A DNA stretch of 64,000 nt, from positions 13,321 to 77,320 of the forward strand of contig JBBTUN010000002.1 in the NCBI GenBank assembly GCA_038063735.1. Reading direction: 5' to 3'. The notes below the pieces were generated by a model that saw nothing but the letters and a program-made list of their open reading frames with translations, was not told the DNA's origin and did not search any database. A program made the position numbers and the translations under genes. Shown piece after piece: positions 1 to 7,633 of the stretch (positions are counted from its first letter, which is position 1; every line of letters begins with the position of its first letter). Source of the DNA: Patescibacteria group bacterium. GTDB lineage: Bacteria > Patescibacteriota > Microgenomatia > Curtissbacterales > GWA2-41-24.

Positions 1-252
1 GCACTGGAGCTGAAGCGCGCCGGGATTATTGCGTCCCGTGAAGGTGCAGGCGGTGGTTACTCTCTGGCAAAAGCGGCAAATGAAATTAAAATTCTGGATG
101 TTTTGACAGTTTTGGATGGAGGTTTGGTTAAAGGTGAGTGTTTTGAAGACGACCATGAATGTAAGTGTGGGGCAAAAGGTATGTGGGGAGATATGAAAAA
201 ACAAATGGAGAAGACAATCGGCAAAAAAACAGTGGCTGATTTGGTGGCCTAA
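1..252 (+). CDS. Rrf2/IscR-family transcriptional regulator (5'-truncated by window)
   Basis: Frame-1 translation LKRAGIIASREGAGGGYSLAK...ECFEDDHECKC matches the Rrf2 wing motif (S.RG..GGY.LA) with a Cys cluster; lies upstream of the suf genes. Confidence 0.9.
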   Translation, partial: ALELKRAGIIASREGAGGGYSLAKAANEIKILDVLTVLDGGLVKGECFEDDHECKCGAKGMWGDMKKQMEKTIGKKTVADLVA

Positions 253-253
253 C

Positions 254-556
254 ATGGATGAGAGAAAAGACCCTGTAAATGAGGTTCTCGGATATTTAGT
301 TAATCATGCCGACCCTGTAGAAGGTTCAATTCCAGATTTGGTATCTGACGCAACATGGGTAAATGAATTTATGGCTATAAGGGTAACTGCCCATGGTTTT
401 GGAGTGAAATTTGCTTGTAATTCTATGGCTGAAGAGGTTTATCTCGCAATTCGGAATGATCGTAAAGAAAATCCAGATGCAATGTATTACTTGTATAAAC
501 CAGTGATTCAAGGCCAACCCAGAGAAGGATTATTAATAGGCGGGTTGCTTAAATGA
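254..556 (+). CDS. Hypothetical protein
   Basis: 100-aa ORF tightly coupled to its neighbours (ATGA overlap); no recognisable motif. Confidence 0.6.
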   Translation: MDERKDPVNEVLGYLVNHADPVEGSIPDLVSDATWVNEFMAIRVTAHGFGVKFACNSMAEEVYLAIRNDRKENPDAMYYLYKPVIQGQPREGLLIGGLLK

Positions 557-975
557 AATACTGGATTTTAGTCACGCATCCAAACAACTTTAAACTAATG
601 AAGGCCAAGAATATGGCGGCGATGAAGGCGAAGAGAAAAAGTTTTGCTCTCGCAGTTGAGCCGGGGGACAAAGTTGTTTTCTATTTGACTAAAATTGGCA
701 AATTTGGGGGAACAGCGGAGTTTACAACAAGAGCCAGAAACGAAAGTTCAAAAATATTTACGGAGGAAAAGCCCGGTGAAGTCCATCCCTGGAGGTTTGA
801 CGTGAAGTTTGAGAAAAAGCTGGACGAGGCGGATTATGTGCCGTCGGAAAAGTTTAAAGACAAACTTGTTTATCTTAAAAAATGGCCGGCAAAGTACTGG
901 AAACTGGGTTTTCAGGGAAATGTGCACGAAATTGGCCGTGATGATTTTGAGACTTTAAAGAAGGGATTGGGTTAA
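553..975 (+). CDS. EVE (PUA-like) domain protein
   Basis: MKYWI...PGDKVVFY...FGG...W pattern typical of EVE. Confidence 0.8.
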   Translation: MKYWILVTHPNNFKLMKAKNMAAMKAKRKSFALAVEPGDKVVFYLTKIGKFGGTAEFTTRARNESSKIFTEEKPGEVHPWRFDVKFEKKLDEADYVPSEKFKDKLVYLKKWPAKYWKLGFQGNVHEIGRDDFETLKKGLG

Positions 976-1223
976 TGGTAAAAGAAGACGGAAGAAGTTT
1001 TGGTATTAAGCCGGCATTAGAGTTTGTCAGAAGTAGATTAGGAAAGGCAAATCCAGTTGCGGCTTCTGTTGAAGGGCCGGAGTTGACGGAAGAAGAGCAA
1101 AGGGAACTTTGTCTCTCGGGAATTCCGGGGACAGCTGCGCATGCCAGGGCAGCGCAAAAACTTGTGGATTCTTTCGATCAGGTTGAATTACATAGAAAGA
1201 GGAGAAAGAAAGGAGGGAAATAG
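975..1223 (+). CDS. Hypothetical small protein
   Basis: TAATG overlap with the EVE gene; 82 aa. Confidence 0.55.
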   Translation: MVKEDGRSFGIKPALEFVRSRLGKANPVAASVEGPELTEEEQRELCLSGIPGTAAHARAAQKLVDSFDQVELHRKRRKKGGK

Positions 1224-1226
1224 TAT

Positions 1227-1451
1227 ATGAACAATGGAAGAGCCAAAATGATAAGGGATCAGGCTGCAAGGAGGATGGCTGTTTTTGAGGAGGCACGAGG
1301 ATGGAGGCAGCAGGGCGTGGATTTGCAAAACAAAGGAGAAGTAGTACATGGACATTATGGTCCGTTGGTGCCGAAACGTCGCCCAGTTTCTGTTGAGGGT
1401 ACGGTTTCAAGAATTCCTGACGAGTTAAAACCTTCACAGAGGGAGAGATAA
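1227..1451 (+). CDS. Hypothetical small protein
   Basis: SD-like AGGAGG upstream; abuts neighbours. Confidence 0.5.
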   Translation: MNNGRAKMIRDQAARRMAVFEEARGWRQQGVDLQNKGEVVHGHYGPLVPKRRPVSVEGTVSRIPDELKPSQRER

Positions 1452-1676
1452 ATGGAAAGAAGATTGCCAAAACCTGTCGAGGTGGGGAGGTTTGCCAGAA
1501 AACAAGCTACCAGTATTTCGGTGGTGGTTGGAAGTAGTGGGTTGGTTACGACTACATTTATGTCGGGACGAGTAGACACTTTGATAGGTGTTGTGGGAGG
1601 AATGGCTGCAGGTTATGTTGCGCATCGGATTATTACGCACCCAAAAGGTAGTAGAAATGAACTTAAAGATAAATAA
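1452..1676 (+). CDS. Hypothetical small membrane protein
   Basis: Two short hydrophobic segments; overlaps the sufC start. Confidence 0.5.
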   Translation: MERRLPKPVEVGRFARKQATSISVVVGSSGLVTTTFMSGRVDTLIGVVGGMAAGYVAHRIITHPKGSRNELKDK

Positions 1677-2547
1677 ATTAAAGGTTAAAGTTGGGGGCCC
1701 ATCCTTCGCTTCATCCTACGCTAAGGCTACGGATGACAAGAAAGCTATGGAGGGCAAGGAAATTTTAAAAGGTGTTGACCTGGAGGTTGGTGCCGGTGAA
1801 GTCCATGTGGTGATGGGGCCGAATGGGAGTGGAAAAAGTACGCTGGCGCAGGTGATAGCAGGGAACCCAATGTACAAAGTTCACAGTGGACAGATCACGG
1901 TTGACGGTAAAAACATAATTAAATTAAGTCCGGATAAAAGGGCGAAGCTGGGGATATTTTTGGGTTTCCAGAACCCGATTGAAATTCCGGGCGTTAGTGT
2001 TTTCAACGTAATTAGGAAGGCAAGTCAATCTCAAGTGGGTCCTGCCAGTAGTTTCCCTCCCGTCAGTGCTCAATTGAAAACAAAATCCGTGCGTAATGGT
2101 AAATCGAGTGTCAATCTGCGCGCTGCCGGAAGCCCTTCCACTACTGTCACCCAGTTTCGTCAAGATCTTTTAAAATATGCATCTTCTTTAAAATTATCAT
2201 CCGATCATCTTTCCAGATCTTTTAATGAAGGGTTTTCCGGTGGGGAAAAAAAGAGAAATGAGATTTTGCAGATGCTGGCACTGTCGCCAAAACTTGTAAT
2301 TTTGGATGAGATAGATAGTGGGTTGGATGTGGATGGATTGAAGCTGGTAGCCGGTGCTATCAAGAAATTCTCAATTCTCAATTCTCAATCCTCAATTATC
2401 CTTATTACCCACTATGCCCGCATCCTTAAATACATCAAGGCAGATTTTGTGCATGTGATGACTGATGGGAAAATTGTTAAATCCGGAAAGCAAAAATTGG
2501 CAACGGAAATTGAGGAGAAAGGATACCAGTTCGTTAATAGTTTATAG
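1657..2547 (+). CDS. sufC: Fe-S cluster assembly ATPase SufC (three in-frame insertions)
   Basis: GPNGSGKS, NEGFSGGEKKRNE, LDEIDSGLD, ITHY; start moved to the MNLKIN ATG. Confidence 0.97.
   Translation: MNLKINKLKVKVGGPSFASSYAKATDDKKAMEGKEILKGVDLEVGAGEVHVVMGPNGSGKSTLAQVIAGNPMYKVHSGQITVDGKNIIKLSPDKRAKLGIFLGFQNPIEIPGVSVFNVIRKASQSQVGPASSFPPVSAQLKTKSVRNGKSSVNLRAAGSPSTTVTQFRQDLLKYASSLKLSSDHLSRSFNEGFSGGEKKRNEILQMLALSPKLVILDEIDSGLDVDGLKLVAGAIKKFSILNSQSSIILITHYARILKYIKADFVHVMTDGKIVKSGKQKLATEIEEKGYQFVNSL
1699..1758 (+). repeat. 30-nt hairpin element (family A) with a second copy nested inside (1711-1740), in frame in sufC
   Basis: ccatccttcgct[tcatcctacgctaaggctacggatgacaag]aaagctatggagggcaag; both parts resemble 7671-7700. 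Confidence 0.85.
2037..2152 (+). mobile_element. 116-nt structured insertion element (family D), in frame in sufC
   Basis: GGGTCCTG.CA...TG.CACCC ends shared with 25310, 45946 and 50418. Confidence 0.85.
2366..2397 (+). repeat. In-frame heptamer array (AATTCTC)n in sufC
   Basis: aattctc aattctc aattctc aatcctc aatt; encodes FSILNSQSSI. Confidence 0.8.
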
Positions 2548-2597
2548 TTCATGGTTCATAGTATGCGATTAACGATTAACAATTTACGATTAACGAA
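2527..2597. repeat. Heptamer arrays (AGTTCAT-type, then ATTAACG-type) at the sufC 3' end
   Basis: Period-7 degenerate repeats visible directly. Confidence 0.7.
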
Positions 2598-2625
2598 TAA
2601 AAATCTGTCCAGAAAGGAGGCATAA

Positions 2626-3093
2626 ATGGAAAAACATTGGCGCAGATTAATTGGAAAGCCGGATATGGATCCAAAGCGAGCTTTACAGATGGCAGACGAG
2701 TTATCTCAACCTTTGGATTTGGTGCAAATGTTGGTTCAAGGATATGCAGAACATGGCCCCGAAAGCACTCGGAAGTTATGCCGGAAATTTTTGGAGCACC
2801 GTGAGAATGATAGAGTGGGTTTAATTGCTTTTCCTCATGAAACATTACAAAGACCGATCGCAATTAGCAATGAAGAAATTGTAGGAAAAAGAAAGTTTAT
2901 GTTGATGGTTTCACCACTACTACACCAACAAATGTGCAGTCCAGACACCAGCCTCGAAGTTGAAAAACAGGTGCTTAGAGCAGTGAAGGCTTTAGTTGAA
3001 GAGATTGATGAATCTTTACAAAAAGGTGATGAAATAATGACAAGTGCTGAATATGACGAACTTATCAGATTGAGTAGACAATCAAGAAACTAA
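2626..3093 (+). CDS. Hypothetical protein inserted between sufC and sufB
   Basis: Strong SD (AAGGAGG); 155 aa; no motif. Confidence 0.7.
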   Translation: MEKHWRRLIGKPDMDPKRALQMADELSQPLDLVQMLVQGYAEHGPESTRKLCRKFLEHRENDRVGLIAFPHETLQRPIAISNEEIVGKRKFMLMVSPLLHQQMCSPDTSLEVEKQVLRAVKALVEEIDESLQKGDEIMTSAEYDELIRLSRQSRN

Positions 3094-3094
3094 T

Positions 3095-4486
3095 ATGAAC
3101 GATGTCCAGGTAACTGATTACAAATACGGTTTTTCCAAGCCGGAGAATTATGTTTTTAAATCCAAACGTGGTTTGGATGTTGGTGTGGTGGAAGAAATTT
3201 CTTCTATGAAGGGTGAACCTGTGTGGATGAGGGATTTGCGCATAAAAGCATTGGGTATTTTTGAAAAAAAGAAAATGCCGAGTTGGGGTGCGGATTTGTC
3301 TTCCATTGACTTTGACAACATTTTCTACTACATAAAGCCCACAGATAACCAAAAAACAGATTGGCGGGATCTGCCCAAAGAAATTAAAGATACTTATGAC
3401 GCAATCGGAATTCCGGAGGCGGAGCGGAATCTACTAGCGGGGGTTACTGCTCAATATGAAAGTGAGGCGGTTTACCATTCTTTCCAGAAAAAATGGGAAG
3501 ACATGGGCGTTATTTTTTGCGATATGGATACAGCGCTAAAAAAATATCCGGATATTGTCAAATCTTATTTCGGAAGAAGCATTCCGGCAGCCGACAATAA
3601 ATTTGCAGCCTTAAATTCTGCGGTTTGGTCTGGCGGTTCTTTTATCTACGTGCCTCCCGGGATAAAAGTCGATATTCCACTGCAAGCGTATTTTAGGATT
3701 AATGCTGCCAACATGGGGCAGTTTGAAAGGACGCTGATTATTGTGGACGAAGGCGCGTATGTACATTATGTCGAAGGTTGCACGGCGCCGGTTTATTCAA
3801 CGGATTCGCTGCATGCTGCGGTTGTTGAGATTTTTGTCAAAAAGGGCGCGAGGTGCAGGTATACAACTATCCAAAATTGGAGCAATAACGTTTACAACCT
3901 TGTGACCAAGCGGGCGTTTGTAGAAGAAGATGGCGTAATGGAATGGGTGGACGGTAATTTGGGAAGTAAGATTACCATGAAATATCCGAGCTGTTATTTG
4001 GTTGGGCGAGGTGCGCGGGGAGAAATTTTGTCTTTGGCACTGGCGGGGTCTGGCCAACACCAGGATGCGGGCGGAAAGTTAGTTTTTTTGGCGCCGGATA
4101 CAAGCGGGGAGATTATTTCCAAGTCAGTTAGTGTTGGAACGGGTAGGACTTCTTATCGCGGTTTGGTTAAAATAATCAAAAATGCGCAGAGGGTGAAGTG
4201 CAATGTGCGCTGTGATGCGCTGGTTATTGATGAGGAAAGTCGATCGGACACGTATCCGACAATGGAAGTTGCGGAGGATAATGTGCAGATTGGGCACGAG
4301 GCGAGTGTTTCGCGAATTGGCGAGGAGCAACTTTTCTATTTGATGAGTAGAGGTTTAACGGAGGTTGAGGCAACGTCTCTTATAGTAAATGGCTTCATCG
4401 AGCCGATTGTTAAAGAATTGCCGCTTGAATATGCAGTGGAGTTGAATCGGTTGATAAATTTAAGTATGGAAGGAGCGGTAGGATAA
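3095..4486 (+). CDS. sufB: Fe-S cluster assembly protein SufB
   Basis: [38 protein letters not shown]. Confidence 0.98.
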   Translation: MNDVQVTDYKYGFSKPENYVFKSKRGLDVGVVEEISSMKGEPVWMRDLRIKALGIFEKKKMPSWGADLSSIDFDNIFYYIKPTDNQKTDWRDLPKEIKDTYDAIGIPEAERNLLAGVTAQYESEAVYHSFQKKWEDMGVIFCDMDTALKKYPDIVKSYFGRSIPAADNKFAALNSAVWSGGSFIYVPPGIKVDIPLQAYFRINAANMGQFERTLIIVDEGAYVHYVEGCTAPVYSTDSLHAAVVEIFVKKGARCRYTTIQNWSNNVYNLVTKRAFVEEDGVMEWVDGNLGSKITMKYPSCYLVGRGARGEILSLALAGSGQHQDAGGKLVFLAPDTSGEIISKSVSVGTGRTSYRGLVKIIKNAQRVKCNVRCDALVIDEESRSDTYPTMEVAEDNVQIGHEASVSRIGEEQLFYLMSRGLTEVEATSLIVNGFIEPIVKELPLEYAVELNRLINLSMEGAVG

Positions 4487-4487
4487 T

Positions 4488-4907
4488 ATGGAAACTGAAA
4501 GACCAAGAAACGTAATAAATTTTAAAGAATCAGTTAGAATTCTCAAAAAGCGGCAGGTGAGAAAGAGGGTTAACTTTGATTTACATAGGACGGTGAAATT
4601 ACATGCGTTTTTAAGTGATCGATTGGGTGATGAACATGAACTGACTAGCACCTTCATGCCCCCAAAGTCACTAAAACCAAGATTTGATTTGCTAGTCACG
4701 AGACGAGGAATAGATCAGATTGCCAGGATGTTACTTGATGAACAAGATGCCAATGTCAGGAAATCTGTTGGAGAATCTTTGATCGGGTTGGATTATGCAT
4801 TTACCGGGGTCAGTGGATATCCGTGGGGTAATGTTGCATACGAAGCATTTATTGCAGAACACTATGAAGATATTAGTAGGCAAGAGGCTTTAGATATTGT
4901 TCAATGA
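4488..4907 (+). CDS. Hypothetical protein
   Basis: 139-aa ORF starting 1 nt after the sufB stop. Confidence 0.65.
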   Translation: METERPRNVINFKESVRILKKRQVRKRVNFDLHRTVKLHAFLSDRLGDEHELTSTFMPPKSLKPRFDLLVTRRGIDQIARMLLDEQDANVRKSVGESLIGLDYAFTGVSGYPWGNVAYEAFIAEHYEDISRQEALDIVQ

Positions 4908-4941
4908 ACCATATTATTTTACAAAAAGACGAAAAGAGGTT
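4901..4941 (+). repeat. Direct repeat: copy of the sufD 5' end
   Basis: 41 nt identical to 5991-6031 (tcaatgaaccatattattttacaaaaagacgaaaagaggtt). Confidence 0.95.
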
Positions 4942-4943
4942 AA

Positions 4944-5363
4944 ATGGGGGCTGAAGATTTGATCGCTCAAGCGGAGAGAGCTGCATACCATGAAGACTAC
5001 CGGAATTTCCGAGTTCGATTAGAGACTGAAACGTTTTTGGCAGTACATGGTTTATTAAAAGTCGATAAAATTTTAGAAGAAACTGATCTTCATAACAGAC
5101 AATTGTCTTTAGGAGAAGGACTTTTTACTATGCTGGCAGACAGGTTTAGAGACGCAATGCGCAAGGCGGAAGATCATGGTACGGAAACAATTGAAGTCGA
5201 TTTAAGCTACAGGGAATTGAATACGTTAGGAGATGTAGCAGTAGTCAAGGGAAATGCTGCTTTGGCACCTTATGTCTTAAACTTGAATGGGGCGTTTGTT
5301 GCTGCGGGTGGGCGCGATAATCAAAGACTGAGAGCGTATTTTGAAATGCTTACAGGGATATGA
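4944..5363 (+). CDS. Hypothetical protein
   Basis: 139-aa ORF between sufD-start copies. Confidence 0.65.
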   Translation: MGAEDLIAQAERAAYHEDYRNFRVRLETETFLAVHGLLKVDKILEETDLHNRQLSLGEGLFTMLADRFRDAMRKAEDHGTETIEVDLSYRELNTLGDVAVVKGNAALAPYVLNLNGAFVAAGGRDNQRLRAYFEMLTGI

Positions 5364-5387
5364 ACCAGATTATTTTACAAAAAGACG
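5360..5387 (+). repeat. Direct repeat: second copy of the sufD 5' end
   Basis: atgaaccagattattttacaaaaagacg, 27/28 identical to 5994-6021. Confidence 0.9.
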
Positions 5388-5429
5388 GACTTAAATTCGG
5401 GTCTTTGGCTCGGAGGGGAGGATGGTAGG

Positions 5430-5990
5430 ATGAACGAGATTTTAGCGACCGCTGACTTTACAGACGAGGTTTTTGATGATGTTTATTTAAATTATTTATC
5501 GGATGCGGCGATTGCACATTTGGTGTTTGGTGTCGAAAGCGTATTAAGGTTAAATCAAGAAGCAGAGCCTAGGCTTGATTTTAACTTAAAACCAGCTCAT
5601 CCACTATTTGAGTATGACATTATGAGTAAATCTAGGCCGGATTGGCAGGATTGGAAACAAGTGCTTTTGCATCACGAAAGTTATAGTCAAATTTCCAAGT
5701 CGATGGAAGAAACCATTGGTTCTCCACCATATGCTTTTGGTTATTTAAAAGGAAAATTGCTTTTGTTAACTGCGAAAGATGCGGATACGATTAAATATGG
5801 CACGAGTTTATTTTGGGCATACTTAGATGGTGATTGTGAAGTTTCGGAAGACGGGGAATATATAAAAAGACTGATGCAACTATCGAGGGGAGTTTCTCCG
5901 GAATTTCATTATAGGCATGATATTCCTGTAGAAGACAAACAAGGTGGGGGAAAGTGGAGATCATTACTAAGAAGGATCAAAGGTAGCTAA
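5430..5990 (+). CDS. Hypothetical protein
   Basis: 186-aa ORF with GGAGG SD. Confidence 0.65.
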   Translation: MNEILATADFTDEVFDDVYLNYLSDAAIAHLVFGVESVLRLNQEAEPRLDFNLKPAHPLFEYDIMSKSRPDWQDWKQVLLHHESYSQISKSMEETIGSPPYAFGYLKGKLLLLTAKDADTIKYGTSLFWAYLDGDCEVSEDGEYIKRLMQLSRGVSPEFHYRHDIPVEDKQGGGKWRSLLRRIKGS

Positions 5991-5993
5991 TCA

Positions 5994-6614
5994 ATGAACC
6001 ATATTATTTTACAAAAAGACGAAAAGAGGTTGATTGGGATAATGCTAGGAGACGATAAACCCGGTCATCCTGAACTTGGTTCAGAATCTAGATCCCGAAA
6101 CCCTTCGACTTCGCTCAGGGCGAGCAAGTTCGGGATGACAGAAGGGCGATTGGATGTTGTTCTTGCCGGAGAAAATTCGGAAATTGAGGTTGTAGGATTA
6201 CTAATGGCCAAAGGCGAAAGCCAAACGGCGCTGGAAGTTTACATAACCCACGTGGGGGAAAACACGAAATCAAAGGTTAATGTTAGGGCGGTTTTGCGGG
6301 GAAAATCAACGTTTGCATTTCGGGGGAATGTCAAAATAGAAAAAGGTGCAAAGGGTGCGGATGCATATTTGCGGAGTGATGCGCTTTTGTTTGACGATGC
6401 CAAAATGGGCGACGATACGCCGGCACTGGAGATTTTAGAGAGGGATGTAAAAGCCGGGCATGCGGCGACGATTGGAAAAGTGGATGAGCAAATGTTGTTT
6501 TATTTAATGAGCAGGGGAATTACAAGGAAACAAGCGGAAAAGCTGTTAATTCAGGGATTTGTGGAGCTAATACGATCAAAGCTTAACGACGAACGACTAA
6601 GGACAAAAGCATGA
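5994..6614 (+). CDS. sufD: Short SufD-like (SufBD C-terminal domain) protein
   Basis: F.G.V.I.KGAKGADA, P.LEI...[23 protein letters not shown]. Confidence 0.9.
   Translation: MNHIILQKDEKRLIGIMLGDDKPGHPELGSESRSRNPSTSLRASKFGMTEGRLDVVLAGENSEIEVVGLLMAKGESQTALEVYITHVGENTKSKVNVRAVLRGKSTFAFRGNVKIEKGAKGADAYLRSDALLFDDAKMGDDTPALEILERDVKAGHAATIGKVDEQMLFYLMSRGITRKQAEKLLIQGFVELIRSKLNDERLRTKA
6064..6139 (+). repeat. REP/RPE-like palindromic element (family C) with a nested 24-nt family B copy (6101-6124), in frame in sufD
   Basis: gtcatcctgaacttggttcagaatct..gatcccgaaa[cccttcgacttcgctcagggcgag]caagttcgggatgac; compare 9019-9074. Confidence 0.85.
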
Positions 6615-6979
6615 GCGGGAAAGGATATTTTAGATTTGAAAAACTTGATGTTTGGATTGATGCAAGACAGTTTGTATCTTTAATATACAAAGTCACAGAA
6701 GATTTCCCTGCAAAGGAGAGATTCGGATTAATCGATCAGATTAGAAGAGCAGCAGTTTCGATTGCTTTAAACATTGCGGAAGGTTCGACTAAAAATTCTG
6801 ACCCGGATTTTAGAAGGTTCTTGAGAATGTCTCAAGGTTCTGTGAATGAAGTTGTTACAGCACTTTATATTGCTTTGGATCAAAAGTTTATTAAAGAGGG
6901 AAAATTTGATGAACTATATGAATTTACATTAAGGTTAAATGCAAGGCTAAATGCACTAATAAAAAGCATTAGTCATTAG
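6611..6979 (+). CDS. Four-helix-bundle protein (23S rRNA IVS protein / Avd-like family)
   Basis: FEKLDVW..A, FP..E.FGL.DQIRRAAVSI..NIAEG, F.RFL..S.GS..EV. Confidence 0.93.
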   Translation: MSGKGYFRFEKLDVWIDARQFVSLIYKVTEDFPAKERFGLIDQIRRAAVSIALNIAEGSTKNSDPDFRRFLRMSQGSVNEVVTALYIALDQKFIKEGKFDELYEFTLRLNARLNALIKSISH

Positions 6980-7016
6980 TCTTTTGTCTTTAGACATCCG
7001 ACGAAAGGAGGATTAT

Positions 7017-7328
7017 ATGAAAGTAAAAGTCGCTAAAAAGTCTGATATTGCTAAAGGGAAGGTGATTCCTGTTAAAGTTGGTGGCGAGGAAGTTGCGATT
7101 TATCACACAGAAAGCGATGAGTGGTTTGCGACTTCCGACATTTGCACACACGAAGCGTGCAATTTGAGCTATGAGGGTGGAAAACTGCAAGGGTATGAGA
7201 CGGAATGCGATTGTCACGGTTCCAAATTTGATATCAGAACCGGTGCGGTTACATTGCCGCCGGCATTTGAACCGCTAAAGACTTTCAAAGTTGAAACCCA
7301 AGGAGAGGATATATTAGTTGAAGATTAA
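7017..7328 (+). CDS. Rieske [2Fe-2S] ferredoxin
   Basis: CTHEAC and CDCHGSKFD Rieske motifs; SD AAGGAGG before ATG 7017. Confidence 0.92.
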   Translation: MKVKVAKKSDIAKGKVIPVKVGGEEVAIYHTESDEWFATSDICTHEACNLSYEGGKLQGYETECDCHGSKFDIRTGAVTLPPAFEPLKTFKVETQGEDILVED

Positions 7329-7633
7329 TGGATAGAGAGCGTTTTTCAAGAGGAAAACTTAAAAAAGATTTTGTAAATATTGTGTCTGGTAGACTCAAAA
7401 GATTATTTTCCATGGAGGAATGGGATAGTATCATGGGTCATTTGAAAACCGATCGTGCTGTAGTTGTGCGTTTCCATTCAGATTCGGAAAAGAATGTCAT
7501 GTGGGGTTTATATTCGTCAAAGGGCAGGACTGAGCGTTTTTCCCAGCAATATGTCCTGGGAGGCGACCGACCAGAAGAGTTTGGAAATTATCCGGTTATT
7601 AATAAGGAATTGGGAGTTGTAGATGAATCGTAG
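7328..7633 (+). CDS. Hypothetical protein
   Basis: 101 aa; overlaps both neighbours. Confidence 0.55.
   Translation: MDRERFSRGKLKKDFVNIVSGRLKRLFSMEEWDSIMGHLKTDRAVVVRFHSDSEKNVMWGLYSSKGRTERFSQQYVLGGDRPEEFGNYPVINKELGVVDES

Noticed and set aside
6611-6979. Diversity-generating retroelement (Avd-like gene)
   Set aside because: No reverse transcriptase and no TR/VR pair differing at adenines is visible.
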